A stretch of 64,000 nt of DNA from Longimicrobiales bacterium (GCA_965204735.1 OZ242008.1:1728001-1792000), one strand, 5' to 3'; counted from the first letter of the stretch, positions 24,899 to 35,855 are shown. Translations and numbers: made by a program. The notes: generated by a model not told the origin, from the sequence alone.

Positions 24899-26203
24899 AT
24901 GTCCGAGATCGACCACCCGAAGAGCACCCTGACCGTCACCGACAACCGAACGGGACGGCAGTACGAGCTGGACATCCTGGAAGGCGACGTAGTCCGGGCC
25001 ATGGACCTGCGGCAGATCAGGGTCCGGGACGGCGACTTCGGGATGATGGCGTACGACCCCGGCTTCACCAACACGGCGTTCACCACCAGCCGCATCACCG
25101 ACGTCAAGGGGAGCCGAGGCGTCCTGGAGTACCGGGGCTACCCCATCGAGCAGCTGGCCGACCGGGCTTCGTTCCTGGAGGTCGCGTACCTGATCCTGAA
25201 GGGGGAGCTGCCCACGCCGGCGCAGCTGGACGGCTTCGTGCACGACGTGACGTTCCACACCTACGTCCACGAGAACGTCCTCACGATCCTGAAGGGGTTC
25301 CGCTACGACGCCCACTCCATGGGCATGATGATCTCGACCGTCGCGGCCCTCTCCACCTTCTACCCCGAAGCCAAGGAGGTGGACGACCCGGAGAACCGCT
25401 GGATACAGATCAACCGGCTGATCGCCAAGATGCCGACCCTGGCGGCCTTCGCCTACCGCCACCACCGGGGCCTGCCCTACGTCTACCCGGAGAACGAGCT
25501 CTCCTACGCGGCCAACTTCCTCAACATGCTCTTCCGAATCGGCGGACGGGAGCACCAGCCGAACCCGACGCTGGAGCGCGCGCTGGACGTCCTCTTCATC
25601 CTCCACGCCGACCACGAGCAGAACTGCTCCACGACGGCGATGCGGGTGATCGGAAGCTCGCGGGTCGATCCCTACTCCGCGCTGGCCGGCGCCATGGCCG
25701 CCCTCTACGGCCCGCTCCACGGAGGGGCCAACGAGGCGGTGCTGCGGATGCTCGCGGAGATCGGGACCACCGACAACATCCCCGACTTCATGGAGAGCGT
25801 GCGGCGGGGAGAGCGCCGGCTGATGGGGTTCGGCCACCGGGTCTACAAGGCCTACGACCCGCGGGCGGCGATCATCAAGCGCACTGCGGACGACGTGTTC
25901 GCGGTCACCGGGCGCAACCCGCTGCTCGACATCGCGCTGGAGCTGGAAAAGATCGCCCTCGGCGAAGAGTACTTCGTCAAGCGGAACCTCTACCCGAACG
26001 TGGACTTCTACTCGGGGCTGATCTACCAGGCGATGGGCTTTCCGGTGGAGCTCTTCCCGGTCCTCTTCGCGATCCCGCGAACGGTGGGATGGCTCGCCCA
26101 GTGGCAAGAGATGATCGTGGACCGGGAACAGAAGATCGCCCGCCCGCGACAGGTCTTCCTGGGGCCGAAGCGCCGAGAGTTCGTCCCCCTGGAGGAACGG
26201 TAG
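24899..26203 (+). CDS. gltA: Citrate synthase
   Basis: YDPGFTNTA, LEYRGYPIEQL, LHADHEQNCST, GPLHGGANE, LMGFGHRVYK, YPNVDFYSG. Confidence 0.97.
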   Translation: MSEIDHPKSTLTVTDNRTGRQYELDILEGDVVRAMDLRQIRVRDGDFGMMAYDPGFTNTAFTTSRITDVKGSRGVLEYRGYPIEQLADRASFLEVAYLILKGELPTPAQLDGFVHDVTFHTYVHENVLTILKGFRYDAHSMGMMISTVAALSTFYPEAKEVDDPENRWIQINRLIAKMPTLAAFAYRHHRGLPYVYPENELSYAANFLNMLFRIGGREHQPNPTLERALDVLFILHADHEQNCSTTAMRVIGSSRVDPYSALAGAMAALYGPLHGGANEAVLRMLAEIGTTDNIPDFMESVRRGERRLMGFGHRVYKAYDPRAAIIKRTADDVFAVTGRNPLLDIALELEKIALGEEYFVKRNLYPNVDFYSGLIYQAMGFPVELFPVLFAIPRTVGWLAQWQEMIVDREQKIARPRQVFLGPKRREFVPLEER

Positions 26204-26207
26204 CCGG

Positions 26208-26660
26208 GTGGCCGGGGCGTTGCGCAGCGGAGATGGACGGTCCAGCCGCCTGGGGCGCGGCCGCCTCCGGACGTTGTCCGTCCTCGTGATCGGCCGGCGC
26301 GGCGCTCTCGGCCTGCGCTTGGCGGCGTGGGCGCTGGCTCTGGCGCTGGCGTCGGCCGGCTGCGGCGCGGGCCGAAGCATGGGCAGCCCGCTCGAAGGCT
26401 CCGGCGGCGAGTCCGACGAGATCGAGATCCTGGTTCGCAACGACAACTTCAGCCAAGTCACGGTCTACACTGCGCGCAGCGGCGCGTACCGCAGGCTGGG
26501 GATCGTTCCCGGCAAGGGCGAATCCACCTTTCGGACCGAGTGGTACCTTCCCGACATCCAGCTTCGGGTCAGGTTCCTCGCGGGACCCGACTTCTTCACC
26601 GAGAGACTTCCCGTCAGCCCAGGCGAGCTGCTGGAGCTGATCATCCCCGCCCGCGACTAG
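26208..26660 (+). CDS. Hypothetical lipoprotein
   Basis: Hydrophobic stretch ending in SAG-C, then a beta-rich domain (VRNDNFSQVTVY..RRLGIVPG). Start uncertain. Confidence 0.6.
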   Translation: MAGALRSGDGRSSRLGRGRLRTLSVLVIGRRGALGLRLAAWALALALASAGCGAGRSMGSPLEGSGGESDEIEILVRNDNFSQVTVYTARSGAYRRLGIVPGKGESTFRTEWYLPDIQLRVRFLAGPDFFTERLPVSPGELLELIIPARD

Positions 26661-26731
26661 GCGCCAGCGCGGGTTGGGGGCCACCGGCGGCCGCCGGCGG
26701 GACCGCCGATCCACAGCGCCGGGAGACCACG

Positions 26732-28837
26732 ATGCGAACCGATTCGCCTTCGCCGCTTCCTCGCTTCTTCCCGGCGTCCGCCGCCGCGTGGTGGCTCGCC
26801 GGGGTCGGGGCGTTCGTCGCCGGAGCGGAAGCCCAGCAGCCCGAGGCGCGCACCTTCGGCATCGACCACGTCGTCGACATGACGCGGGTGTCCAGCCCCA
26901 AGATCGCCCCGGACGGATCGCGCGTCCTCTTCGTCAAGGACGAGCTGGAGTGGGACGAGAACGAGCGAACGAGCCAGATCTGGATCGTGGGCGCCGACGG
27001 CGAGGGAGCCCGTCCGTTCACCGGCTCCCCGGAGGACCGGGGTCCCGAGTGGTCGCCGCGGGGACGCTGGGTGGCGTTCACGCGCCCGGCGGGGGAAGGC
27101 GACGAGAAGCTCCGCCAGCTCTTCCTCCTGCCCTCCGACGGCGGAGAAGCGGTGCAGCTCACCAAGCACCCCACGGCGGTGGGTCGCTACGAATGGGCCG
27201 ACGGGGGCGCGTCGATCTTCTTCGTGGCGGCGGACTCCCTCCCGGACGACGTGGAGAAGGAGCGGAAGAAGGGCGACGACGCGGTCTTCGTCGACGAGGG
27301 ACCCAACGGCCAGCGGCGTGGCTCGTGGAACGGCGTCTGGAGGGTGGACGTGGACGTGGAGTTGTCCGGACTTCCGACGGACGCCGTCCGCTTGACGCCG
27401 CAGGGCCGGATCGTCGGGTCCTTCGCCCCGTCCCCGGACGGCCACCACCTGGCCTACGCCTACCGCACCGAGAACCGCCGCAACGCGGGTCACCTGTCGG
27501 AAGTGTGGCTCCTCTCGACGGCCACCGGCGACGAGCAGCGGATCACCGACAACGACGCCCCCGAATCCCAGCTGGCGTGGTCGCCCGACGGGCGCGCGAT
27601 CACCTTCGCGGCCCCCGACCTGGAGCATTGGGAGCTGGACCAGGGCAACCTGTACCGCTACCACGTCCCGACGGGACGCACGAGCCAGCTCCTGGCCGAC
27701 TTCGAGGCCGACCTGCGGGGCTACGAGTGGCACCCAGGCGGGCGCGCCGTCGACTTCACCGCCCTCGACCGCACCGACGCGCACCTCTACCGCCTGGACG
27801 TGTCCTCGGGAGAAGTGGAGCAGCTCACCTCTGCGACGGGAGTGACGGGCGCGGCGTCCTGGAACGCCGTTCACGACGTGGCCGTCTTCGAGCGCTCGTC
27901 CCCCACGGCGCCCGGCGAGATCTGGCTGGCCGACTTCCGCGACGACGCCGACGGCGCCCCTATGCGACTAACAGAAGCCAACCCGCAGCTGGCGGAAATT
28001 GACCTAGCGGAGCCGGAGCTGGTGCGCTGGACGAGCTCCGACGGCCTTGAGATCGAAGGGGTTCTCTACCGACCCGCCGGACGGGATCGACCCGGCCCCG
28101 CCGTCCTGCAGATACACGGAGGGCCGGCAGGCGTCTTCACTCGCGGATTCAACGCCGGGGCCCAGCTTCTCGTCGCCCAGGGATACGCGGTGCTTCAGCC
28201 GAACGTGCGGGGCTCTTCGGGCTACGGCGACGCCCTGCTTCGGGGCAACGTCCACGACATCGGGGGAGGCGACTACGAGGACCTGATGACGGGCGTGGAC
28301 GCGATCGTCGAGCGCGGCGTGGCGCACCCCGACTCCCTGGCGGTGAAGGGGTGGAGCTACGGCGGCATCCTGGGCGGGTGGACGATCACCCGGACCGACC
28401 GCTTCAAGGCGGCCAGCCTGGGCGCGATGGTGGCGGATTGGCGAAGCGAGTTCGGCGCGGGCTTCAACTTCGACGTGGTGCGCTGGTACCTGGGAGGCGA
28501 CCCCTGGTCCAACCGGGAGTTCTGGACCGAGCGGTCGGCGTACACCCACCTGGACCGAGTGAGCACGCCGACGATCCTCTTCCACGGCGCCGAGGACACG
28601 ACCGACACGATGGAGCAGTCCATGAACTTCTTCGCGGGACTGCGCCACCTGGGAGTGGAGGCGCGCTTCGTCGTCTTCCCTCGGGAGGGCCACGGGATCC
28701 GCGAGCCCAGGCACCGCCGGACGTTGCTGGCCGAGGAGATCCGCTGGCTCCACAAGCACGTCAAGGGAATGGACGAATGGGAACCACCGCCGCGACCGTC
28801 GCCCGAGGACGAAGGGAAGAAGACGGCGATCTCCTAG
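26732..28837 (+). CDS. S9-family (prolyl oligopeptidase/acylaminoacyl) peptidase
   Basis: Signal peptide, beta-propeller WSPDG repeats, IHGGP, NVRGSSGYG, GWSYGG nucleophile, Asp in HGAED, His in REGHG. Confidence 0.93.
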   Translation: MRTDSPSPLPRFFPASAAAWWLAGVGAFVAGAEAQQPEARTFGIDHVVDMTRVSSPKIAPDGSRVLFVKDELEWDENERTSQIWIVGADGEGARPFTGSPEDRGPEWSPRGRWVAFTRPAGEGDEKLRQLFLLPSDGGEAVQLTKHPTAVGRYEWADGGASIFFVAADSLPDDVEKERKKGDDAVFVDEGPNGQRRGSWNGVWRVDVDVELSGLPTDAVRLTPQGRIVGSFAPSPDGHHLAYAYRTENRRNAGHLSEVWLLSTATGDEQRITDNDAPESQLAWSPDGRAITFAAPDLEHWELDQGNLYRYHVPTGRTSQLLADFEADLRGYEWHPGGRAVDFTALDRTDAHLYRLDVSSGEVEQLTSATGVTGAASWNAVHDVAVFERSSPTAPGEIWLADFRDDADGAPMRLTEANPQLAEIDLAEPELVRWTSSDGLEIEGVLYRPAGRDRPGPAVLQIHGGPAGVFTRGFNAGAQLLVAQGYAVLQPNVRGSSGYGDALLRGNVHDIGGGDYEDLMTGVDAIVERGVAHPDSLAVKGWSYGGILGGWTITRTDRFKAASLGAMVADWRSEFGAGFNFDVVRWYLGGDPWSNREFWTERSAYTHLDRVSTPTILFHGAEDTTDTMEQSMNFFAGLRHLGVEARFVVFPREGHGIREPRHRRTLLAEEIRWLHKHVKGMDEWEPPPRPSPEDEGKKTAIS

Positions 28838-28877
28838 AGGTCGGGCTCGTCGGCGAAGAAGCGATGGCCGAAGCGCC

Positions 28878-30263
28878 GTGATCCCCCAGGAGTTCGTCGC
28901 CGGAAAGCGCGACGGCCGGGAGCTCGAGCCGGAGCAGCTGCGGGCCTTCCTCCGGGCGTACATGGACGGGGACGTCGGGGACGAGCAGATGGCCGCCTTC
29001 CTGATGGCGGTCTACTTCCGAGGCCTCTCGCCGACCGAGCTGGACGTTCTGGTGGACGTCATGCTCCACTCGGGCGACGTGCTGTCGCGCAGCGGAGCGT
29101 CGGGCGCCGGCGAGGCGGCGTCGGCCGGCCGGCGGGCGTCGGCCGGACCGCGGGTGGACAAGCACTCGACGGGCGGGGTGGGGGACAAGGTCTCGCTCGC
29201 GCTGGCGCCCCTGGCCGCCGAGATGGGGATGGTCGTGCCGATGATGTCGGGGCGCGGGCTGGGGCACACCGGGGGCACGCTGGACAAGCTGGAGGCGATC
29301 CCCGGCTTCCGAACGCGGACCTCGCTGGCCGAGTTCGACCGCGCGCTGGCCGCGGTCGGGTGCGCGATGATCGGCCAGACCGACGAGATCGCTCCCTTGG
29401 ACCGTCGGCTCTACGCTTTGCGGGACGTGACTGCGACGGTGCCGTCGCTGCCCCTGATCACCGCGTCGATCATGTCGAAGAAGCTGGCCGAGAGCCTGGA
29501 CGGCCTGGTGCTGGACGTGAAGGTGGGGAAGGGGGCCTTCCTGCCCGAAGTCGGCCAGGCGCGGGAGCTGGCCCGGGCGATGGTGCGCGCCGGCGAGGCC
29601 CGGGGCTTGGCGACCACGGCGGTCCTCTCGGCGATGGACCGGCCCCTGGGACGCGCGATCGGCCACAGCCTGGAAGTGCGGGAAGCGGTGGCGTGCCTGG
29701 CCGGCGGCGGCCCGCCGGACTTTCGGGAGCTGGTGGTGCGCCTGGCGGCCGAGATGGCTCTGGCCGGCGGCGTGGCCGACGCCCTGGAAGAGGGCAGCGC
29801 AATGGCGGAGGCGGCCCTGGACGGTGGCGGGGCGCTGGAGCGCTTCGCGCGCATGGTCGCGGCCCAGGGCGGCGACCCCTCGTTCCTGGAAGAACGGGAC
29901 CTGGGCGAACGCGGCCTGCCCACCGCGGCGCGAACGACCCTCGCCACGGCGCGCGAGGACGGCGTTGTGGCGGAAATTGACCCACTTCCCCTGGGCTACG
30001 GGCTGATCGCCATGGGCGGAGGGCGGACCCGTCGGAGCCAGCGGATCGACCACGGGGTGGGCTTCGAGCTCGCCGTGCGGGTCGGCGACCAGGTGACGGC
30101 GGGCCAGCCGTTGGCCACGGTTCACGCTGCCGACGAAGCCGGTCTCGAGACAGGCGTCCGCGCGGTCGCCGACGCGACCCGAGTGGCCGGGGCCGCCGCG
30201 TCGGGCCAGGGCGCCGGGCCCAGCCCGTTGCCCCTCGTGCTGGAGCGAGTGGTCGGCTCGTAG
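28878..30263 (+). CDS. pdp: Thymidine/pyrimidine-nucleoside phosphorylase
   Basis: VDKHSTGGVGDK, MMSGRGLGHTGGTLDKLEAIPG, LYALRDVTATV, SIMSKK. Confidence 0.95.
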   Translation: MIPQEFVAGKRDGRELEPEQLRAFLRAYMDGDVGDEQMAAFLMAVYFRGLSPTELDVLVDVMLHSGDVLSRSGASGAGEAASAGRRASAGPRVDKHSTGGVGDKVSLALAPLAAEMGMVVPMMSGRGLGHTGGTLDKLEAIPGFRTRTSLAEFDRALAAVGCAMIGQTDEIAPLDRRLYALRDVTATVPSLPLITASIMSKKLAESLDGLVLDVKVGKGAFLPEVGQARELARAMVRAGEARGLATTAVLSAMDRPLGRAIGHSLEVREAVACLAGGGPPDFRELVVRLAAEMALAGGVADALEEGSAMAEAALDGGGALERFARMVAAQGGDPSFLEERDLGERGLPTAARTTLATAREDGVVAEIDPLPLGYGLIAMGGGRTRRSQRIDHGVGFELAVRVGDQVTAGQPLATVHAADEAGLETGVRAVADATRVAGAAASGQGAGPSPLPLVLERVVGS

Positions 30264-30330
30264 CAAGGGCGCGTGCCGACCGGACGACGCACGCGACCCG
30301 CGTTGGTCGAGCCGGCCCGCAGCGCGTGCG

Positions 30331-30552
30331 TCAGCCCTGACCGCTCCGGTACTCGATCCCTTCCTGATCCAGCGCTTCGGCCAGCTCGCGGGCCCGGTCT
30401 TCGCTGGTGCGAATGGCCATTCCGCACGTGGCCTGGGCGCTCCGCGGCGCCGGCACCACGTCGGCGGGTATCCCCCGCTCCTGGGCGACGTCCTCGGCCC
30501 ACAGGGCGTGGTGCGTGGTGGGGAAGGTGAAGGTGCGCGTGCGTTCGGTCAC
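30331..30552 (-). CDS. DUF3343-like small protein
   Basis: TFPTTHHALWAE..VVPAPR..TCGMAI; GTGA overlap with the PBP1A stop. Confidence 0.75.
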   Translation of the reverse strand: MTERTRTFTFPTTHHALWAEDVAQERGIPADVVPAPRSAQATCGMAIRTSEDRARELAEALDQEGIEYRSGQG

Positions 30553-32759
30553 TGGCTTTCGCGGTCGCATACGGTGGTGGGCTGGGTGCCGGGGAGGTAG
30601 AGCTCGACGTAGGCGTCCTCCGCCGGACACCAGCGCGACGCCAAGTGGCCGGTCCGCGAGTCCACCCGGGCGGCAACGAGCCCGTCCGGCACCGGCCAGG
30701 GAAGGGGAACGGCCAGCAAAGGCCTGGGCTGGACCCCCTCGGCTTGGGCTGTCCCGGCTTGCACGTCGCCGGCTTCGGCTTGGTCCGCTTCCGCTTCGCG
30801 AACGTCGTCGTAGTAGATGCGCCGCATGAAGCTGCCCCACACCGGGGCCGCCAGCCCTCCGCCCGTGGCCAAGGGAACGATCGGCTGAGGCTCGTCCATC
30901 CCGAACCAGACGGCGGCGGCGATGTCCGGCGTGAACCCGACGAACCAAGTGTCGGCGCCGTCGTTGGTGGTGCCGGTCTTGCCTGCCGCCGGGACGTCGG
31001 GGGAGAGCCCCGCCACGACCCGCACTCCGATGCGGCCGGTGCCGGCCTCGACCACGTCCTGCAGGAGCGAAACCGCGATCCGAGCCACCAGCGGATTCAG
31101 GACCTGCTGTCGGTCGGGCTGGGGCTCCCACAGGACCTCGCCGTCGGCGCTCTCGACCCGGACGATGGGGAACGGACGCACCCGCGTGCCCAGCGTCGCC
31201 AAGGTGGAGTAGACCTCCAGCATCTGAATGGGGATCACCTCCGCGGCGCCGATGAAGGAGGACGGATAGCGCTCCACCTCCGTGTCGATCCCGAGCCTCG
31301 ACGCCATGTCGACCACGGCGTCGACCCCCACTCGCAGCCCCAGCCTGATGGCGACCATGTTCTTCGACCGGCGCAGCCCGTGGCGCAGCGTCATGTAGCC
31401 GTCGAACCCCGGTTCGTAGTTGGAGGGCCGCCACTTCGTCCCGTCGAGCTGGTCCACGACCACCGGCGCGTCCAGCATGACCTCGGACGCCGGAACCCCG
31501 CTCTGCAGCGCCGCGGCGTAGACGATCGGCTTGAAGGCGGAGCCGGCTTGGCGGCGGGCCAAGGTGGCCCGGTTGAACTCGGAGTGGTTGAAGTCCCGTC
31601 CTCCCACCATCGCCCGGACGTGGCCCGTCTCCGGATCGGAGGCGACGAACATCCCCTGGACGTAGGGAACCGTCGCGTACCGGCCCTCGGCGCTCTCGGC
31701 AAACTCCCCGTAGGTCATGTGACGGAACCCGGCCCGGGCTTCGATCGCCTCCCACCCCTTCTCCATCGACGCCTCGGCGGCGGCCTGCATCTCCAGGTCG
31801 AGGGTCGTGTGAATGTGGAGCCCGGCCGTGTAGAGGAGCCGCGGCCCGAACCTCTCGTAGAGAATCGTGCGCACCCACTCGACGAAGTACGGGGCCGTCT
31901 CCTCGACGCGCTGGGCCAGCTCCCGCGGCACGTCCTCCTGCTTCCACCGCTCCGCCTCCGCCTCGGTCAGGTACCCCTGCTGGGCCATCAGCGTCAGCAC
32001 TAGATTGCGGCGGCTGATCGCGGCTTCGGGGTCGTTGATCGGCGTGTAGTGCTCCGGTCGGTTGGCGATGGCGGCAAGGAGCGCGCCCTCCGCCGGATTC
32101 ATGTCGATGGCGTTCTTCCCGAAGTAGGCGGTGGACGCTTCCTGCAGTCCGTAAAGACCCCGGGCGTACCCGATCTGGTTCATGTACGCCTCCAGGATCT
32201 CGTCCTTCGAGTACGCCTGCTCCAGACGGAAGGCGACCTTCCACTCCTTGATCTTCCGGAGGATCCGCTTCTCGAAGCCCAGCTCGTCGGTCCACATGTT
32301 CCGAGCCAGCTGCTGGGTGATCGTGCTTCCCCCGCCCCCCGAAAGCGAGCGTGTGCGGAGCACGCCGCCGACCGCCCGGGCGATCCCCCGCAGGTCCACC
32401 CCGTTGTGCCGGTAGAAGCGCTTGTCCTCGATGGCGATGAACGCCTGAGGGACGTGGGGCGGCAGGTCCGCGATCGCCACCGGCGTCCGCTGCTCGTCGC
32501 CGATCTTGTCCGCGATGATGCGCCCGTTGCGGTCGTACATCTTGCTTGCCTGCTCGGCCTCGTAGGTGTGGACCTGAGCGATCGACGGGCACTCGGTGCT
32601 GGAGGTGTCGCACAGGTTCCGCCCCCAGCCCAAGAGCGCTCCGGCCCCGGCGGCGCCCAGGAAGAGGAGGACGAGCGACGCCGCGCCGAGCGCTCCCAAG
32701 CGCCGACGGTCGCTCCTCTTGGGGACGCTCTTGTCGAAAGCGCTGAACAAAGCGGCCAT
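30549..32759 (-). CDS. mrcA: Class A penicillin-binding protein (PBP1A family)
   Basis: Transglycosylase EDKRFYRHNG, GGSTITQQL, RKIKE; transpeptidase SxxK (GSAFKP), SKN, KTG. Confidence 0.92.
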   Translation of the reverse strand: MAALFSAFDKSVPKRSDRRRLGALGAASLVLLFLGAAGAGALLGWGRNLCDTSSTECPSIAQVHTYEAEQASKMYDRNGRIIADKIGDEQRTPVAIADLPPHVPQAFIAIEDKRFYRHNGVDLRGIARAVGGVLRTRSLSGGGGSTITQQLARNMWTDELGFEKRILRKIKEWKVAFRLEQAYSKDEILEAYMNQIGYARGLYGLQEASTAYFGKNAIDMNPAEGALLAAIANRPEHYTPINDPEAAISRRNLVLTLMAQQGYLTEAEAERWKQEDVPRELAQRVEETAPYFVEWVRTILYERFGPRLLYTAGLHIHTTLDLEMQAAAEASMEKGWEAIEARAGFRHMTYGEFAESAEGRYATVPYVQGMFVASDPETGHVRAMVGGRDFNHSEFNRATLARRQAGSAFKPIVYAAALQSGVPASEVMLDAPVVVDQLDGTKWRPSNYEPGFDGYMTLRHGLRRSKNMVAIRLGLRVGVDAVVDMASRLGIDTEVERYPSSFIGAAEVIPIQMLEVYSTLATLGTRVRPFPIVRVESADGEVLWEPQPDRQQVLNPLVARIAVSLLQDVVEAGTGRIGVRVVAGLSPDVPAAGKTGTTNDGADTWFVGFTPDIAAAVWFGMDEPQPIVPLATGGGLAAPVWGSFMRRIYYDDVREAEADQAEAGDVQAGTAQAEGVQPRPLLAVPLPWPVPDGLVAARVDSRTGHLASRWCPAEDAYVELYLPGTQPTTVCDRESQ

Positions 32760-33111
32760 CTTAGGTGCCCGTCCTTTCCGTTGGCGTGCCTGGCGCTCCT
32801 CTGCCCCGCCTGCAATCTACGACGCAAAGCCGCTCGGTGTTGCCGAACGCGACCGCGGCGCCGGGAGCGGAGGCGCACTCCGCGACCAGAGGGTTGACCC
32901 GCGTCCAGTCCCCAACGAGCTTTCAAGCCATGCAAGAGATGATTGCAGCGTGCCCTGGTTCTTGCGACTTGCACGCTGCGCAAGCCTGCGTTCTCGCGGT
33001 CAAGCCCAGCTCGGCCTTGGACCTGCGTGGAACGGGCTGGGGACGGGCGGCCGGGGGAGCGGGTTCCTGATCGTTGTCGCGGAACCGTCGCGAAGGACGG
33101 CGACGACGGAA

Positions 33112-34209
33112 GTGAGGGTGCGTTCCGCTTCCGGCGGCTACGCCGTCCACGTGGGGGGAGGAGCGCGGGATGCCCTGCCCAAGCTCGTGGCGGAGGCGTC
33201 TCCGTCGGGCCGTTGCGCCCTGATCTCCGACGAGACCGTGGCGGAGGCCTGGGGACGCCGCGTCGCCGAATCCTTGCAGGATGCGGGTCTGGACCCGACG
33301 ATCGCCACCTTTCCGGCGGGGGAAGCCTTCAAGACGCGCCAGAGTTGGGCGGCGCTCACCGATGCGCTGCTGGCGGCCGGACTGGGGCGGGACTGTTGCG
33401 TGGCGACGCTGGGCGGGGGCGTGGTGGGGGACGTGGGAGGGTTCGTCGCGGCGACCTATCTGCGGGGCGTTCCCTTCGTCCAGGTTCCGACGACGACCCT
33501 GGCCATGATCGACGCCTCCGTCGGGGGCAAGACCGGCGTGGACCATCCGACGGGGAAGAACTTGATCGGCGCGTTCCACCCCCCGTCGGCCGTGGTGGCG
33601 GACCCGGTGTTCCTGGAGACTCTCGGGCTGCGCCGCCGGGCCGAGGGCTACGCCGAGGCCGTGAAGCACGGAGCGATCATGGACGCCTCCTACGCCGAGT
33701 GGCTGGCGGGCCGGGCCGAGGCGCTGCTGGCGGGCCGGGCCGGCGACGTGGAGCGGGCCGTGGTCCGCTCCGTGGAGATCAAGGCCGAAGTGGTGTCGGA
33801 GGACGAGTTCGAGACCGGGCGGCGTCAACTCCTCAACTTCGGCCACACGGTGGGACACGCGCTGGAGTCGGCTTCGGGCTGGGCGCTGCCCCACGGCCAC
33901 GCCGTCGCCGTGGGCATGGTGGCGGAAGCGTGGATCGGCGAGGCCCTGGGGGTCACCGCGCCCGGCACGGCCGCCCAGCTCCGGCGGATGGTCCGCGCCT
34001 TCGGCCTCCCCGTCGTCCACGACGCGCTGGGCGACCCCGAGGGCGTGGTCGCCGGGATGGCCCGGGACAAGAAGGTGCGGCGCGGAGTCGTCCACATGGC
34101 GCTCCTGGAAGAAGTGGGGCGGGCGAGCACGGCGCAGGGCTCGGCCCACCCGATCCCGTCGGCGGAGCTTGTCCGCGCCCTCGAGCGCCTGGGGTCGGAG
34201 GTTTCGTGA
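33112..34209 (+). CDS. aroB: 3-dehydroquinate synthase
   Basis: LGGGVVGDVGGF, VPTTTLAMIDASVGGKTG, KNLIGAF, LNFGHTVGHALE, HGHAVAVGM. Start approximate. Confidence 0.95.
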   Translation: MRVRSASGGYAVHVGGGARDALPKLVAEASPSGRCALISDETVAEAWGRRVAESLQDAGLDPTIATFPAGEAFKTRQSWAALTDALLAAGLGRDCCVATLGGGVVGDVGGFVAATYLRGVPFVQVPTTTLAMIDASVGGKTGVDHPTGKNLIGAFHPPSAVVADPVFLETLGLRRRAEGYAEAVKHGAIMDASYAEWLAGRAEALLAGRAGDVERAVVRSVEIKAEVVSEDEFETGRRQLLNFGHTVGHALESASGWALPHGHAVAVGMVAEAWIGEALGVTAPGTAAQLRRMVRAFGLPVVHDALGDPEGVVAGMARDKKVRRGVVHMALLEEVGRASTAQGSAHPIPSAELVRALERLGSEVS

Positions 34210-35855
34210 AGGCCAGGGAGCCGACGGCGCCGGAAGAGCGCCCGCCGAACCCCACGATCTCGTCGGCGCTGGAGCGTCGCGCCGGCAAGAACCCCGACGC
34301 CGCCTTCCTCCACTTCCGGGACGGCCCGATGACCTACGGAGAGGCGGCGGCCCAGGCGGAGGCGCTGGCGGCATCCCTGTCGAACCTGGGGATCGAAGCC
34401 GGCGACCGCGTCGCCCTGGCGCTGCCGGCTTGGCCCGAGTTCGCGGTGGCGGTGTTCGCGGCGTCCCGCCTGGGCGCGTCGGTGGTCCCCCTGAACCCGC
34501 GTCTGACGCCCCACGAGCTTCGCTACCGCCTTCGCCACTCGGGCGCGGTGTGCGCCGTCTCCGCCGAGGACGCCTACGGGATCGACTACCTGCAGATCTT
34601 TGAAGACCTGCTGGTCGATCTGCCGGATCTCCGCCACTTGGTCACCGTGGGCGACGAGGACCTGTGGTACGACGACAGAATCTTCCAATGGGAGGACCTG
34701 CTCTCGGCCGGACGGGGCCGGGGTTGCGCCGCCCGCCCCGGGAACGCGGACGAGCCCTTCGCCCTCCTCTACACCTCGGGCACCACCGGCAAGCCCAAGG
34801 GCGTGGAGCTCAGCCAGGCCAACCTTCTTCACGCAGCCGACGAGACCGCCGAAGCGGTGGAGCTGGGACCCGACGACGTGGTGGTCGGCGTGGCGGCCCT
34901 CTTCCACGCCTTCGGCCTCGGACCCGGCCTGCTGGGGACGCTGCTGCGGGGGGCCGGCCTGGTTCTGCTGGACGACCTGGACGCCCGAGCCGCCCTGGAG
35001 GCGGCGCGCCGACACCGTGCCACGATCCACTACGGGGTGCCGTCCCTCTTCGCCATGGAGATGCGGGAGATCGAAGGCGGGAACAGCCGTCCGCCGGGCG
35101 CCCTGCGGGCGTGCTTGACCTCCGGCGGCCCCATGAGCGACGGGCTGGCGCGTCGAGTGCAGGCGTGCTTCGGCGTTCCCGTGCTGGCCGCGTACACCCT
35201 GACCGAAGCCGCCTCCACGGTTGCCGCGGGAAGGGTCGCCGACCCGAGCGGCAAGCTGCGGTTCACCGTGGGCCGGCCCGTCAGGGCGACCTCGGTGCGC
35301 GTGACCGACGACGACGGCGCCGTGCTTCCTCCCGAGAGCGTCGGCGAGATCAGGGTGCGCGGCCCCGGGGTCATGTGCGGCTACTTCCGCCAGCCGTCCG
35401 CCACGTCCGCGGCCTTCGACGAAGAGGGCTACCTGCGGACCGGGGACCTGGGCATGCTCGACGAGGACGGGTACCTCCACTTGGTGGGCCGCCGCGTGGA
35501 CACGATCGCCCGAGGCGGCTTCGACGTGCACCCCAGGGAAGTGGAGGACCGCCTGGCCGCCCACCCCGCCGTGGACCGGGCCGTGGTGGTCGCCGTTCCC
35601 GACGGTGCGCTGGGCGAGGCCGTGTGCGCTTGCGTGGTGCGGGTGGAAGGCGGCGTGGTCACGGAGGAGGAGCTGCGCGAGTGGACGGCGCTGGCGCTGG
35701 CCAAGTACAAACTGCCGGACGTGATTAGCTTCATGGACGACCTGCCCTTGACGAGCACGGGCAAGGTGTGGCGCATGGAACTTGTGCGCCGCGTGTCGCG
35801 AGCACGCGAAGACATGAACGACGAAGACGCAAAACAAGACGGAACGACAACGTGA
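34206..35855 (+). CDS. AMP-binding enzyme (acyl-CoA synthetase family)
   Basis: YTSGTTGKPKG, YTLTE, RTGDLG, LPLTSTGK; GTGA overlap with aroB. Confidence 0.9.
   Translation: MKAREPTAPEERPPNPTISSALERRAGKNPDAAFLHFRDGPMTYGEAAAQAEALAASLSNLGIEAGDRVALALPAWPEFAVAVFAASRLGASVVPLNPRLTPHELRYRLRHSGAVCAVSAEDAYGIDYLQIFEDLLVDLPDLRHLVTVGDEDLWYDDRIFQWEDLLSAGRGRGCAARPGNADEPFALLYTSGTTGKPKGVELSQANLLHAADETAEAVELGPDDVVVGVAALFHAFGLGPGLLGTLLRGAGLVLLDDLDARAALEAARRHRATIHYGVPSLFAMEMREIEGGNSRPPGALRACLTSGGPMSDGLARRVQACFGVPVLAAYTLTEAASTVAAGRVADPSGKLRFTVGRPVRATSVRVTDDDGAVLPPESVGEIRVRGPGVMCGYFRQPSATSAAFDEEGYLRTGDLGMLDEDGYLHLVGRRVDTIARGGFDVHPREVEDRLAAHPAVDRAVVVAVPDGALGEAVCACVVRVEGGVVTEEELREWTALALAKYKLPDVISFMDDLPLTSTGKVWRMELVRRVSRAREDMNDEDAKQDGTTT

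Noticed and set aside
32891..33007. 6S-like or other structured ncRNA between PBP1A and aroB
   Set aside because: Inverted segments exist (GGGTTGACC/GGTCAAGCCC, GCAGCGTGC/GCACGCTGC) but are asymmetric and are equally explained by divergent TTGACC -35 boxes; needs an Rfam scan.
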